From: a virus
DNA: 40,716 nucleotides
UHGV virus genome: UHGV-0322864
Direction: 5' to 3' (one strand)
Shown: piece by piece, positions 18,933 to 28,342 of the stretch
Layout: the number at the start of each line of letters is the position of its first letter
Numbering within the stretch: position 1 is the stretch's first letter
Translations under genes and position numbers: made by a program
The notes under the pieces: generated by a model
Databases searched by the model: none
The model's input: only the letters and a program-made list of their open reading frames with translations
Told to the model about the DNA's origin: nothing

Positions 18933-19994
18933 TTACGCCGCCGCTACCTTTCCCGCAGCAGTGAACAGAACGCCGGAAGCATACGGGTTGCGGTGACGCA
19001 GACCAACTTCCATTTCAATCATCCACTTCTCGTAAGAACCGTCTTTAGCCAGTTCAGTACGTTTCGGAGCACGCAGAACCATCTGGGTCCAGTCAGCGCT
19101 ACGGAAGAAGTAAACTGCATCGGTAGGCATCCAACGGTTAACGATGATTTTGTAGCTCTGGCCCAGCGGGTCAGTGATGCTGTTAACTTCGTAGATGAAC
19201 TGCTTGGTGTTCTCAAAGATACGCTTACGTGAACCCTGAGTATTTTCTTGCAGACCAGCGAAGATCTTAGCATGAGCCGGGTTAATCATGATGATGTCTG
19301 CTTCAGAACCAGCGGTGTACAGTTGCAGGGTCATATCAAAGATATCAGCTTCATCAAAACCAATGTTAGTGGTCGGGTTAGAAGCATTCTGTGCAACTTT
19401 AACAGTTACTGCACCAGTATCCGGGTCAGCAGGACCATTCTTGGTCTTGTCAACAACGCCACCAGCCAGACCACCGTGAGCACACAGGAACTGGAATGCA
19501 CCAGTCTTACGAGCTGCATGGGTGTCATTCAGACCAGCAACAGCAGGATCAGCTGCGGAGTTAGTCAGATACTGGTCAGCCAGAACATCGGTACGAGCCT
19601 GACCGGACAGAAGGATTTTCTCGAGGTCACGCTTGATCTCTTTACCTTTCTTCTCCAGCTGATACATCAGTTCACGACCACGACCGTAGTTAGCGGTGGT
19701 GTTAGCAGTATCAGAAACACGAACAACCTTACGCAGAATCTGAGTAACGTTAGATTTGATAACAGTCGGTTTCATTTCACCGTCTTCAGCACGAGAGCCT
19801 TCGACGTGTGCGTTATTACCGTCAACGCTTGCCAGTGCATCGGTCTGCCAGCTAAAGATAGTCTGGTTGATAGACTCTTTACCGGTCATAGATACGAACG
19901 GGGTATCCTGAGGGGACAGAACAGAAATCCAGTTAGCAAAAGAAAGTTTTTTACCATTCTGGTCATACGATACAAATAAAGTTGGATTAGCCAT
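18933..19994 (-). CDS. major capsid protein
   Basis: 353-aa ORF directly after the scaffold gene; strong SD (TAGGAGC); ends FTAAGKVAAA with a G_GGA_AAG slippery heptamer. Confidence 0.75.
   Translation of the reverse strand: MANPTLFVSYDQNGKKLSFANWISVLSPQDTPFVSMTGKESINQTIFSWQTDALASVDGNNAHVEGSRAEDGEMKPTVIKSNVTQILRKVVRVSDTANTTANYGRGRELMYQLEKKGKEIKRDLEKILLSGQARTDVLADQYLTNSAADPAVAGLNDTHAARKTGAFQFLCAHGGLAGGVVDKTKNGPADPDTGAVTVKVAQNASNPTTNIGFDEADIFDMTLQLYTAGSEADIIMINPAHAKIFAGLQENTQGSRKRIFENTKQFIYEVNSITDPLGQSYKIIVNRWMPTDAVYFFRSADWTQMVLRAPKRTELAKDGSYEKWMIEMEVGLRHRNPYASGVLFTAAGKVAAA
18948..18954 (-). other. candidate -1 ribosomal slippery heptamer G_GGA_AAG near the capsid gene 3' end
   Basis: Capsid frame reads GCG GGA AAG GTA GCG GCG GCG TAA; X_XXY_YYZ pattern; the -1 frame is open from here into the Ig-like ORF; hairpin TAACAGT/ACTGTTA 12 nt downstream. 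Confidence 0.6.
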
Positions 19995-20034
19995 GTTATG
20001 TTAGCTCCTATACTATTAATAATTAATTTGTCGA

Positions 20035-21111
20035 TTAATCTACGAGGAATTTGAATGCGTCTTCGTGACTAACGCGACCCTCTGCGAATGCCTTGGCAAC
20101 CTTAGCGTTGTCGGGCTTATTGGAAGTACGAGACTTTGCAGCATCAGACTTCACAACCTTGCGTGGAGCACCGGGACGTTTAATCTTAGCCATCACCTGT
20201 TGCTTACCTTTATCAAATTGGTATGCTTTATGGAGAGCTAGGAAAATAGACGGACGGTTTTCCTTCAATACTTCTTCTTCAGTAGCACCTAAGTCAATTG
20301 CGTATTGCATTAAGTTTTGATATAAGTTTTCATCCCAATTTGGAATCTCACGTTTCAGAATATTAACACATTCAATGCTCTTGGCTTGGAAAGCTTCCTG
20401 CTCTTTAGCTGCTGCTTCCTGCTTAATACGGACCTGAGCCTGTTCAAGCTGTTGACGGCGAGCTGTGTACTTCTCTAGGAAACGTTTGTTTTCAACATAT
20501 GCTTGAGGATCTTCTACTGCAAGCTTGTCCCAATCAAAACCGTTATAATCTTCAATTACTCGGTCTGCTTCTAAAGACGCCAGTTCTAATACATCCTTCA
20601 AACCTACTACACGTTCCTCAAATGCTTCCATATGACGCTGAAGAGTAGTTTCTCGTTCTGTCATATCAGCACCAGTAAGATAGCCATTAGAAAGTTCTTC
20701 AATAGTCATCTCACGTCCATCAGGAAGGGTGATAACGGTTTCGTAGTCTACATCAAAGACCTCACCTTCACCGTCAACAGAATCATCTTCATATTCTGCA
20801 TCGCTTGAATCTTCTTCCTCTTGTTCTTCTGCTTCAGAGGATTCATCTTCATCTTCTTCGACTTCGCCTTCCTCTTCACGATCTTCCCAACCATCTTCAT
20901 CTTCGAACTTAAGCTCATCGCTTTCACCGAGAAGGTCGGTATCAAAGTCGAAATCGTCACCGTCTTTTTCCGGGAACTCATCGTCAATGTCCACTTCTGG
21001 TTCTTGTTCAGATTCTAATCGACCGAGTTCTTCTTTGAAAGAACCTTTCAGGTCATCCAGTTGGAGGAAAGATTTAAAATCGTTCGGGTCAATATAATTA
21101 TCTTGTGGCAT
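20035..21111 (-). CDS. scaffolding protein
   Basis: Between portal and capsid genes; extremely acidic D/E tract (EDEDGWEDREEEGEVEEDEDESSEAEEQEEEDSSDAEYEDD), helical C-terminal half. Confidence 0.6.
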   Translation of the reverse strand: MPQDNYIDPNDFKSFLQLDDLKGSFKEELGRLESEQEPEVDIDDEFPEKDGDDFDFDTDLLGESDELKFEDEDGWEDREEEGEVEEDEDESSEAEEQEEEDSSDAEYEDDSVDGEGEVFDVDYETVITLPDGREMTIEELSNGYLTGADMTERETTLQRHMEAFEERVVGLKDVLELASLEADRVIEDYNGFDWDKLAVEDPQAYVENKRFLEKYTARRQQLEQAQVRIKQEAAAKEQEAFQAKSIECVNILKREIPNWDENLYQNLMQYAIDLGATEEEVLKENRPSIFLALHKAYQFDKGKQQVMAKIKRPGAPRKVVKSDAAKSRTSNKPDNAKVAKAFAEGRVSHEDAFKFLVD

Positions 21112-21347
21112 TATGAAACATCTCCTGCACTATTGATAGCAGCTTTTATGACCTCTTTTAAGCTACCAACCATTTTATACTTTTGATAACAATCTTCGCG
21201 TTTCTTATTCTCATGAGGTTCTGTTTGAACTATCTCTGTCATGAGTCTTTCTTTCAATGCCTCTAATGCTGCGTCAAGACTGCCGTTAAGATTGAGAGCC
21301 GCCAAAGCGGCGGCGTGCTCTTTATTGAATTGATGCCTAATGTTCAT
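21111..21347 (-). CDS. hypothetical small protein
   Basis: 78-aa ORF in the portal-scaffold gap, overlapping stop/start with the scaffold gene. Confidence 0.4.
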   Translation of the reverse strand: MNIRHQFNKEHAAALAALNLNGSLDAALEALKERLMTEIVQTEPHENKKREDCYQKYKMVGSLKEVIKAAINSAGDVS

Positions 21348-21356
21348 TCGACGTCC

Positions 21357-23600
21357 TTACTTTTTACTTCCAAGACGTTTGCCTGGAATCCGTGAATCTT
21401 TGAGAGAAGCTTGTTGCTCTTTCTTAGTTACATTAGCTTCTTTCTTTTGGAGTTCCAAAGTTTTGTCCTGAACACGAGCTTGCTGAACAATCTTCTCTTG
21501 GTCTACCTGATGAGACATAACCATCTGCAATTCTTTCAGTACAGATTCATACTGACGGACCTGCTGTTGCATAAGAGCTAACTTGTGCTTAGCTTGTTCC
21601 AGAGTAGCATTGTTATCTTCTTTACGGTTTTCCAGAGTCATTGCATCTGCTGCATTTTCTTGCTTGAATTGCAACTCTTCCTGACGCAGACTTAATTCAT
21701 CCGCAGCTTTCTGCTGTTCGAATGTAGTACGTTCACGTTGGTCGAATGCATCAGCAATCATCTTCTGAGAAGAAGCCTGTACGTTCTCAACCTGAGCTTT
21801 AGTCATCTCGAGCTGAAGGATTTCCATCGGAGAAGGTTCTGGAGGCTGATACTGTTCCAGAGGCAGAAGGTATTTATGTGTATCTTTAATACCCATCAAC
21901 TCAAAGATCTGTGCAGTCATGTAACGGTCTTGCTCCAAACCAAAGAGAGGTGCTAACTGTGCATCTGCTGCAATCAGCTGTTTCAAGCTAATCAGTTTCT
22001 GTGCACGTTCTGCTTTCTCATTAGGAGAGATAGCTACAACAACTTGAAGATTGTGACGAGCTGGTAGTTGTTTTGGATTTACCTGAATCATACCACGAGG
22101 GGTTTGTACCTCGATAGGAACTTCACCATTTTCTCTGATAAGATTGTAAATACCACGCATCAATTCAACCATACCATTATGAGCAATGTTACGACATACC
22201 ATACGGAGACGGTTCTGTGCAGCATTCATCATCAAGCCTACGGTTGCATAAGCATTATCGTTCTTAAACACATCAGGGTTGATACCCATGCCTAGTTTAG
22301 TTACACCCGTACGTGTCTCTTTAAGCTCCTCAGACATGCCTAGGAGGCCATCAATACCTTGAGGTAGGTTATGGTATGGGAACAGGTCAATAGCGTCCTG
22401 ACGTTCCATTTCAACCACTCCACCGGGACGGTTATCAAGCAGAGAGCGACGATCGTATGCACCAACAAGAGCTTTGTATCGACCATAGTTAGCATTGTTG
22501 ACGTTATCAATGTAACCACGAACTAGCGCGGTACGTAAATCTTGAATATCTTTCGTAATGTCATAGACCGATTGACCATAGAAGGAACCCGGAATCGGAT
22601 ACGGGCAGAAGGTTACAAACGGAATGTGAGTTACTTCTTCAGTGTGAAGGATATGCTCACCAGCTTGAATAACCTGATAGAGTTTAGACTCTTTATTCTT
22701 ATCTAGAACACCAGTACGAATGTAGTGCTCATAAACCCAAACCATAGAAGCAATATCTTCGGTATCTGTACCAATGTCAGCATCAATATCCTGACGCCAG
22801 TCAGTACGAGACCAAGCAACTGTAGATTGAGTGGTATCCATCGTGTCTGTCCAGTCGTTGAATGCTTCAATCTCATCTTTAGGGAAGCCCATAGCAACCA
22901 GATCTTCTTTAGAACGACGTACACGATGACAGAAATATTGTGCATCTGCAAAAGAGGTAGCATGTTCATCAACAAAGATTTGCTCTGAAGGAACATATTC
23001 AACTTTCACACGTTTAACAGTTTGTTCGTAAGTAACTTTAACATCGACTGTACCGTCTTCATTTTCTTCAGTGAAGACTTCCAGATTCTTGAGTCCACCA
23101 GCTTCTAATCCCTGAACATATGCAGCCAATGCTTCCGGTGGTACACCTTCAGCTTCTTCAGTTTGAGTAGAAGTTTGTTCATCCCAATAATACTTGATAA
23201 AAGAGTTACGAGTAACCAGACATTCTTGTGCAGCAGAAGAGATAATATTGTATCCCGGATTATCACGCAGAAGAATTTGGTTGACTAATTTAGTTGCTAC
23301 ATCAGCAGCATCAGAATCCTGTTGGTTGTCAGCTACGAAAGTAACTGCTTCATCACCAGAACAGAATACGTTAATAATATCTTGCAATGTACCGTTAACA
23401 GATTCCCAAACAGTACGATCTACCCAACTAGAGCTGCCAGCAGTTACTGGTGCAGGTAAGTTACCATAGAAATATTCCCAAGCTTCACGAGCATAGCCCT
23501 TAACAGCCATGTCAACGTAACCTTGAGCGTAATTAAAACGACGTTGAAGGTCAACACGTAACTCGTCCAACACCTCTTCACTATATTTTTGCTTAGCCAT
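21357..23600 (-). CDS. portal protein with long C-terminal coiled-coil extension
   Basis: 747 aa immediately downstream of TerL; size and position typical of a portal; C-terminal ~200 aa strongly helical/charged. Confidence 0.75.
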   Translation of the reverse strand: MAKQKYSEEVLDELRVDLQRRFNYAQGYVDMAVKGYAREAWEYFYGNLPAPVTAGSSSWVDRTVWESVNGTLQDIINVFCSGDEAVTFVADNQQDSDAADVATKLVNQILLRDNPGYNIISSAAQECLVTRNSFIKYYWDEQTSTQTEEAEGVPPEALAAYVQGLEAGGLKNLEVFTEENEDGTVDVKVTYEQTVKRVKVEYVPSEQIFVDEHATSFADAQYFCHRVRRSKEDLVAMGFPKDEIEAFNDWTDTMDTTQSTVAWSRTDWRQDIDADIGTDTEDIASMVWVYEHYIRTGVLDKNKESKLYQVIQAGEHILHTEEVTHIPFVTFCPYPIPGSFYGQSVYDITKDIQDLRTALVRGYIDNVNNANYGRYKALVGAYDRRSLLDNRPGGVVEMERQDAIDLFPYHNLPQGIDGLLGMSEELKETRTGVTKLGMGINPDVFKNDNAYATVGLMMNAAQNRLRMVCRNIAHNGMVELMRGIYNLIRENGEVPIEVQTPRGMIQVNPKQLPARHNLQVVVAISPNEKAERAQKLISLKQLIAADAQLAPLFGLEQDRYMTAQIFELMGIKDTHKYLLPLEQYQPPEPSPMEILQLEMTKAQVENVQASSQKMIADAFDQRERTTFEQQKAADELSLRQEELQFKQENAADAMTLENRKEDNNATLEQAKHKLALMQQQVRQYESVLKELQMVMSHQVDQEKIVQQARVQDKTLELQKKEANVTKKEQQASLKDSRIPGKRLGSKK

Positions 23601-23626
23601 CTATTCTCTCCCTCGGTTGATAGCTT

Positions 23627-23655
23627 AAATAAAAGAAGGGAGGACAAACCTCCCC
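23627..23655 (-). terminator. terminator-like hairpin between TerL and portal
   Basis: Minus-strand GGGGAGG-UUUGU-CCUCCC followed by UUCUUUUAUUU. Confidence 0.45.
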
Positions 23656-23660
23656 TTACT

Positions 23661-25202
23661 TTAGTAGCTCTGATTCCATCTGCTTACGTTTGCCTCATAC
23701 AAAGAAGCGCTTCCGAAGCTAACATCATGCTTAGAGCGACCACGATGTGTAACAGAGCACGCTGAATAGCGCATTGCATCCATTAAGTCATCATGTTCTT
23801 TAATAATCTTACCAACCTTACGGTGATATCTAGCTTTCTCTTCGAATAGCTTAGCGTTAGCGGCTGTGTTAAAGACTTTAAAGCGTCCACTCATCATTCT
23901 TTCTCGGATATCTGTGATTCCCGGTTCTACAAAGAAGTTCTTTTTACCATCCATTCCAATTTTGTTGTAGAAGGTCTCACTCTGTACGTTAACTCCTGCA
24001 TTCTTATAGAATTGAGCAACAGATGAACCACTACCTTTCTCAATATTGTCCGCATCGTGCGGTAGGATGACAGGAATCCACTGACCACGACCATTAATAG
24101 CTGGAGCATGATACACTGGAGTAAAGCCACCTTCTTTATATGAGTCGTAAACATAGATAGTATCCGTGTTTGCGTCATAAGCTGTCCAAACAGCAGCAGT
24201 TGGGTGATCAATACCAATATCAATTGCACAGACACGTTTCCACGTATCAGGGATTTCGAATGGTTCACATTTAATTGTGTCATCCGATACATCATAAATC
24301 AAACCACTTCCTAACAATGGCATACCTTTCGAACGCATCTCTAACTGCCACGCTGGAATACCTTCAGTCATATCTTTTATATCTTGGTCAGTGATGTGTC
24401 CACCTAGGTCTGCATGAGCATCCCACCAAGAAGCATTCTGGAAATATAGAGAACCTGTGTTCTCATCTCCTTCACCTTTCATAAATTTATCTACCAGTTC
24501 AGTTAAACCGTTCTCTGGTGTAGCTGTAATTGTAACTAGACCTTTAGTTGTGAGTGTACGTGTGACGCACTGTGCGAATATAGCCATAGACTCATATGGA
24601 TCTTCTTCGTCTAACCAAATGTAGTCAACTGTTGCACCCATCAATGTGTGTTCACCCTGTTGGGTTGAACGAAATTCTAATGTACTTAAACCGTCAAACT
24701 CTCCTCTTTCATTTTGATGTTTGATTTGTACGATTTGAAGTTTGTTACCATCTCGTTCTATCGTATCAATGACGATAGCATCACGAGGAATGACACCTGT
24801 CCCTAATAAGTTTGTATCCTTTCCGATAGGTGTACCAAACAACTCCTTTTGCAATACCTTCCTTGTGGAATCCCCTGTAATACCAACTGCCCATGCTAAG
24901 ATAGGTCTTTTAAATTTATATCCTGTCCACCAAGTTGGGTAGCGACCTGTGACATGACAAGCAAACTCGTATGCCTCGCTATAAGATTTACCAACACGGT
25001 TCGCTGCACACAAGAACCTAAAGCGATGCTTCAATCCTGCTGCATAAAATTTCTTTTGGAAGTCATACGCCTTGAAAGACAAAATCCTATTATACTTCCT
25101 CCATTGGTCACGCTCTTTCAACATATTCAATAGTGCTTTCTTCTCGTCTACACTAAGGTTGTTACCAGTTAGAGCTTCATAAATTTGTTTATCTAATGAC
25201 AT
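23661..25202 (-). CDS. terminase large subunit
   Basis: Walker A LCAANRVGKS, Walker B VDYIWLDEE, RNase-H-like nuclease motifs CAIDIGIDHPTAAVW and DDLMDAMRY; 513 aa. Confidence 0.9.
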   Translation of the reverse strand: MSLDKQIYEALTGNNLSVDEKKALLNMLKERDQWRKYNRILSFKAYDFQKKFYAAGLKHRFRFLCAANRVGKSYSEAYEFACHVTGRYPTWWTGYKFKRPILAWAVGITGDSTRKVLQKELFGTPIGKDTNLLGTGVIPRDAIVIDTIERDGNKLQIVQIKHQNERGEFDGLSTLEFRSTQQGEHTLMGATVDYIWLDEEDPYESMAIFAQCVTRTLTTKGLVTITATPENGLTELVDKFMKGEGDENTGSLYFQNASWWDAHADLGGHITDQDIKDMTEGIPAWQLEMRSKGMPLLGSGLIYDVSDDTIKCEPFEIPDTWKRVCAIDIGIDHPTAAVWTAYDANTDTIYVYDSYKEGGFTPVYHAPAINGRGQWIPVILPHDADNIEKGSGSSVAQFYKNAGVNVQSETFYNKIGMDGKKNFFVEPGITDIRERMMSGRFKVFNTAANAKLFEEKARYHRKVGKIIKEHDDLMDAMRYSACSVTHRGRSKHDVSFGSASLYEANVSRWNQSY

Positions 25203-25271
25203 ACTTCCTCCAGTTTAAAAATAGAAAAGGGAAAGTCCCTTCGTCAAAGAACCTCCCCTTCTTTCCTTTAC

Positions 25272-25745
25272 TTAACTCTCGTCCGCTTCCTCCCCCTTTT
25301 CAGCGTCCTCAGAGTTGTCTTCTTCTGGAGGCATAACATCGATACCAAGTGCTCCAGTCAAGAAGTCCTTGATTTGTGCATTCAATGATTCTTCGTTGAT
25401 TACATTCTCTTCCTCAATCTTAACTTCAACAGAGGCCGCCTTAGGATATACCAGATCTGCAACTTTTGATGCAGCCTTGAATCTAAGATCAGGTGGAATA
25501 TTAGGATCTTCGTAAATTTGAATTAACACTTCATCAGGAGACAAATGACTTGCAGCAACACGGTCCAACATTAATTGTGTCAGTTTACCTCTACTACCTC
25601 TGGGTCGTCCGAATTTATTTCCCTTTTGAAACTTCCCATTGCTTGGGTTCATACCACGGCCTTCAAGTTCTTCCGTTACTCCGGGTAATCTTCCTGTAAT
25701 CTCAGCTACCTGTGCAGGCGTGAGTTCTCCGTTTTCTCCAAACAT
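25272..25745 (-). CDS. putative terminase small subunit
   Basis: 157-aa ORF immediately upstream of TerL; basic N-terminal motif KGNKFGRPRGSRGK and acidic C-terminus. Confidence 0.5.
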   Translation of the reverse strand: MFGENGELTPAQVAEITGRLPGVTEELEGRGMNPSNGKFQKGNKFGRPRGSRGKLTQLMLDRVAASHLSPDEVLIQIYEDPNIPPDLRFKAASKVADLVYPKAASVEVKIEEENVINEESLNAQIKDFLTGALGIDVMPPEEDNSEDAEKGEEADES

Positions 25746-25774
25746 TTTATACTCCTTCTACATTATCAACAACA

Positions 25775-25795
25775 CAAAAAGCCTCCCAAGGGAGG
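25775..25795 (-). terminator. terminator-like hairpin upstream of the TerS gene
   Basis: Minus-strand GCCUCCC-UUG-GGAGGC followed by UUUUUGUGUUGUUG. Confidence 0.5.
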
Positions 25796-25801
25796 CAAAT
25801 A

Positions 25802-26437
25802 TTACTTACAATCACCAACGGACAGGTTAAACATCTTACCTAGAGCAATCGTCTCACCTTCCCACGGAAGTTCTGCACCCTTCTCTTCCTCTAAAAGAAT
25901 AGAGCCGTCGACCAAAAATTTTTCGTAGTCTCGCAGTGCGTCGTCTACTAGCTCACTCTTGTGAATCCACGTAATTGTTTCTGTACCATCCTCTTCGATT
26001 CGAACATCACGATGCCATTCATCTTTGGAGGTAATGTAATCATGGAGCATTTCATATTCAGCTTCTTCAATCATCTCAATCATTACACGAGCATAGTCAG
26101 GGAGGTGATCATGTTTGGTAGATTCATATTCAACTACTTCCAGAGTAGATGGTTGTGTTTTAGTTTTAGAATCAGGGCGAGTAGTATGAATCAAATCTAA
26201 CATGTTTTTGTTCTCCGTAATAGTTGGTTTAAGAATACTTCCACTATATAAATCTTGTACAGCTAGTCCTGAAATATTTCCCATAGTTTCTAAATGTTGC
26301 AAGCTACAACCAGAACGGCATAGCTGTGAATTATAATCGTTAAGGTCCATTGCTTTAATGTGGAAAGGAGAACCAGAAGGGAAACTACCTCCATCTCCAT
26401 AAACACCTTCCATGTTACGTGCGATTAAACTATTCAT
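25802..26437 (-). CDS. hypothetical protein (211 aa)
   Basis: ORF at the head of the late operon; no recognisable motif. Confidence 0.5.
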   Translation of the reverse strand: MNSLIARNMEGVYGDGGSFPSGSPFHIKAMDLNDYNSQLCRSGCSLQHLETMGNISGLAVQDLYSGSILKPTITENKNMLDLIHTTRPDSKTKTQPSTLEVVEYESTKHDHLPDYARVMIEMIEEAEYEMLHDYITSKDEWHRDVRIEEDGTETITWIHKSELVDDALRDYEKFLVDGSILLEEEKGAELPWEGETIALGKMFNLSVGDCK

Positions 26438-26684
26438 CTGTCTCTCCCTTACTGTAATCTTTATACGTTTCTACTTTGTAAGTGCGGAATGCTCTGAAGA
26501 AGAGCCAACCTAAGCTACTCACATCAATTGTAATATCGAAATCTGTTTCATCATCTAAATCAACAAGACGACCTAAGCATGTAGCTTCCATCCCTTCTTC
26601 AGAGTCACTATTGATTACGAAAGCGTATGTCTCTGTTCTAAACCGAGGCACCATCTCTGATAAAAAGTCTAATACTAAATTCAT
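26430..26684 (-). CDS. hypothetical protein (84 aa), first gene of the minus-strand operon
   Basis: ORF overlapping the next gene by 8 nt; SD GAGGAG upstream of ATG. Confidence 0.45.
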   Translation of the reverse strand: MNLVLDFLSEMVPRFRTETYAFVINSDSEEGMEATCLGRLVDLDDETDFDITIDVSSLGWLFFRAFRTYKVETYKDYSKGETDE

Positions 26685-27149
26685 AATTCTTCTCCTCTGA
26701 ATAAGAGTATAAAGGGCACATCATAAGACCTACCCGTAAAGGCCACCTCATACCAACAACCCGTGTACGCTGATAAAGGGAAGAGGTTTAAAGGGGACTT
26801 CATGTTAAGGCACCTTCATAAAGACCATGTCACGTTAAGGCCTATCCATCCATGTGCTGTGTTTAAGCTTACCACATTTACTACATCTCCAAGTGGACTT
26901 ATAAAGGGTGTGAACTCTTTCATCCCCGTAAGCTTTGCGTATCCGATAGTACTCATGATCACATTTGAATTGCTTAATGATTAACTTAATTTTCCACATA
27001 AGTTCTCTTTCAACCTTATATATAAGAGTTTAAAATTCTGATTTGACCGAGTGTGCCTAGCCGCTTCCCGCGCGTTTCCTAAAAAGGGGGAGTCCTCATT
27101 TAAAAAAGGGTTATTGGCAATGCCTTTACACCTCTCCCCAACGTTCCAA

Positions 27150-27650
27150 CCTTCCCCGTGCCTACTCCCCGTTATTCTTTCCCCGTGTATACTACCCAAT
27201 ACATTACCTACCCGTTTATTTAGTTCCCCTTTAAAGAGTGAGAGAAAGGCTAGACTCTGATAAGGCGTAGTCATAGTGACAATAAGAGAGCTAATAATAC
27301 CCATAAGTAATAGCCCACATCCCCCATAGTTTGATTGTAAATAGTTTCAATAGTAATGATTATGAGTGCAATAATGATGTATGTATTAATTAAGTGGAAA
27401 GATTATGTTTGATGTTTATTATTCTTTTAAGAATGATTGTTTTTATTTCTTTTAATACTTTCTTTTTCAGCGTACATGAGCGTAGCGAATGGTCTTTGAT
27501 GTTTGAGTTATACAATTATTTAAGTGGTATATTACTACCGCACTATCTGGCAGTGTTTCCCCGTGGTCTGTCCTGCGGTTGTGTGTTCCCCGTTTGTCCT
27601 GGTCTGTTGGTCTGCTACCCGTAGCGCCAGCGTAACACCCGTAGCGATAG
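27150..27650. repeat. clusters of short direct repeats in the divergent intergenic region
   Basis: Three TCCCCGT copies at 27152-27186; TTCCCCGT(G/T)...GTCCTG twice at 27557-27606; ACCCGTAGCG twice at 27617-27647. Confidence 0.5.
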
Positions 27651-27700
27651 TGTTATAAAGTAACAATAGCTAGTAAGCTGATTCTCTGAGTATGGAAAGT

Positions 27701-27722
27701 TTAACAAATTAAATTCCTTTAG
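27701..27722 (+). repeat. copy 1 of 22-nt motif TTAACAAATTAAATTCCTTTAG
   Basis: About 40 nt upstream of the early promoter at 27760. Confidence 0.5.
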
Positions 27723-27759
27723 TTTTCAGTGAGTTATAGGAAAGTTAGAAAATAAATGT

Positions 27760-27788
27760 TTGACAGTCTTTTCCTTTATTATATAGTT
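27760..27788 (+). promoter_or_regulatory. sigma70-type promoter for the first early operon
   Basis: TTGACA - 16 nt - TATAGT; a second TTGACA lies 30 nt downstream (27790-27795) without a good -10. Confidence 0.6.
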
Positions 27789-27825
27789 GTTGACAGTTAA
27801 TTGAATCTATCTAAGGAATAACGAA

Positions 27826-28317
27826 ATGGCTAAAGCAATGCAGGTAGTTAATCTGGCAAGTTATGCACTGGTTGCAGCTATCGGGGTTAGTGCACTGGTA
27901 ACTACTCTTTCTGATAAGGCTGTTGCTAGTCCTGCTCCTGCAACTGATGCCGCTAGTGTTTTCGTTAGTTCCATCAATAAGGGTTGGATGATTTGCAACG
28001 GTGCGGATAGTGACGGCAATACCATTGTCTTAAAAATGAAGTTTAGCAACGTAACAAATGAAGGCGTTCTCTTTCAGTCTAAAACGCTAGACAATCAGCC
28101 TAACAATGATCTAGTTCTCAAGCGTACCGATAATGATGCGGATATGGTGACATATGGCACTGTACAACGTTATGAAGACGTTAAGGCTGTAACCAATCTA
28201 GTGAGTTATGGTCCGGTTAATGAATCGATGATCGCCACTACCGTTTATAATAACGCTGATAATGCTGTTTATACTGTTCACGTTAATTTAGCCAACTGCA
28301 TTAAGGCTAGTAAGTAA
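27826..28317 (+). CDS. early secreted or membrane-anchored protein
   Basis: 163 aa; N-terminal hydrophobic segment LASYALVAAIGVSALVTTLS; SD AAGGAA; consensus sigma70 promoter ~60 nt upstream. Confidence 0.6.
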   Translation: MAKAMQVVNLASYALVAAIGVSALVTTLSDKAVASPAPATDAASVFVSSINKGWMICNGADSDGNTIVLKMKFSNVTNEGVLFQSKTLDNQPNNDLVLKRTDNDADMVTYGTVQRYEDVKAVTNLVSYGPVNESMIATTVYNNADNAVYTVHVNLANCIKASK

Positions 28318-28342
28318 ATAACCTATTTTCAGGAGTGTAAAA

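Noticed and set aside
19248-19979. 243-aa plus-strand ORF, and many other 60-160 aa opposite-strand ORFs (for example 675-1160, 11770-12102, 20821-21018)
   Set aside because: They lie wholly inside long, well-supported minus-strand genes, lack SD sequences and have low-complexity or Cys/Ser-rich composition; treated as shadow ORFs
26763-27624. Track ORFs in the divergent intergenic region (26763-26984 +, 26981-27304 -, 27051-27260 +, 27394-27624 +)
   Set aside because: No SD, biased Pro/Leu/Phe composition driven by C-rich or AT-rich repeats, and mutually overlapping; more likely non-coding repeat DNA
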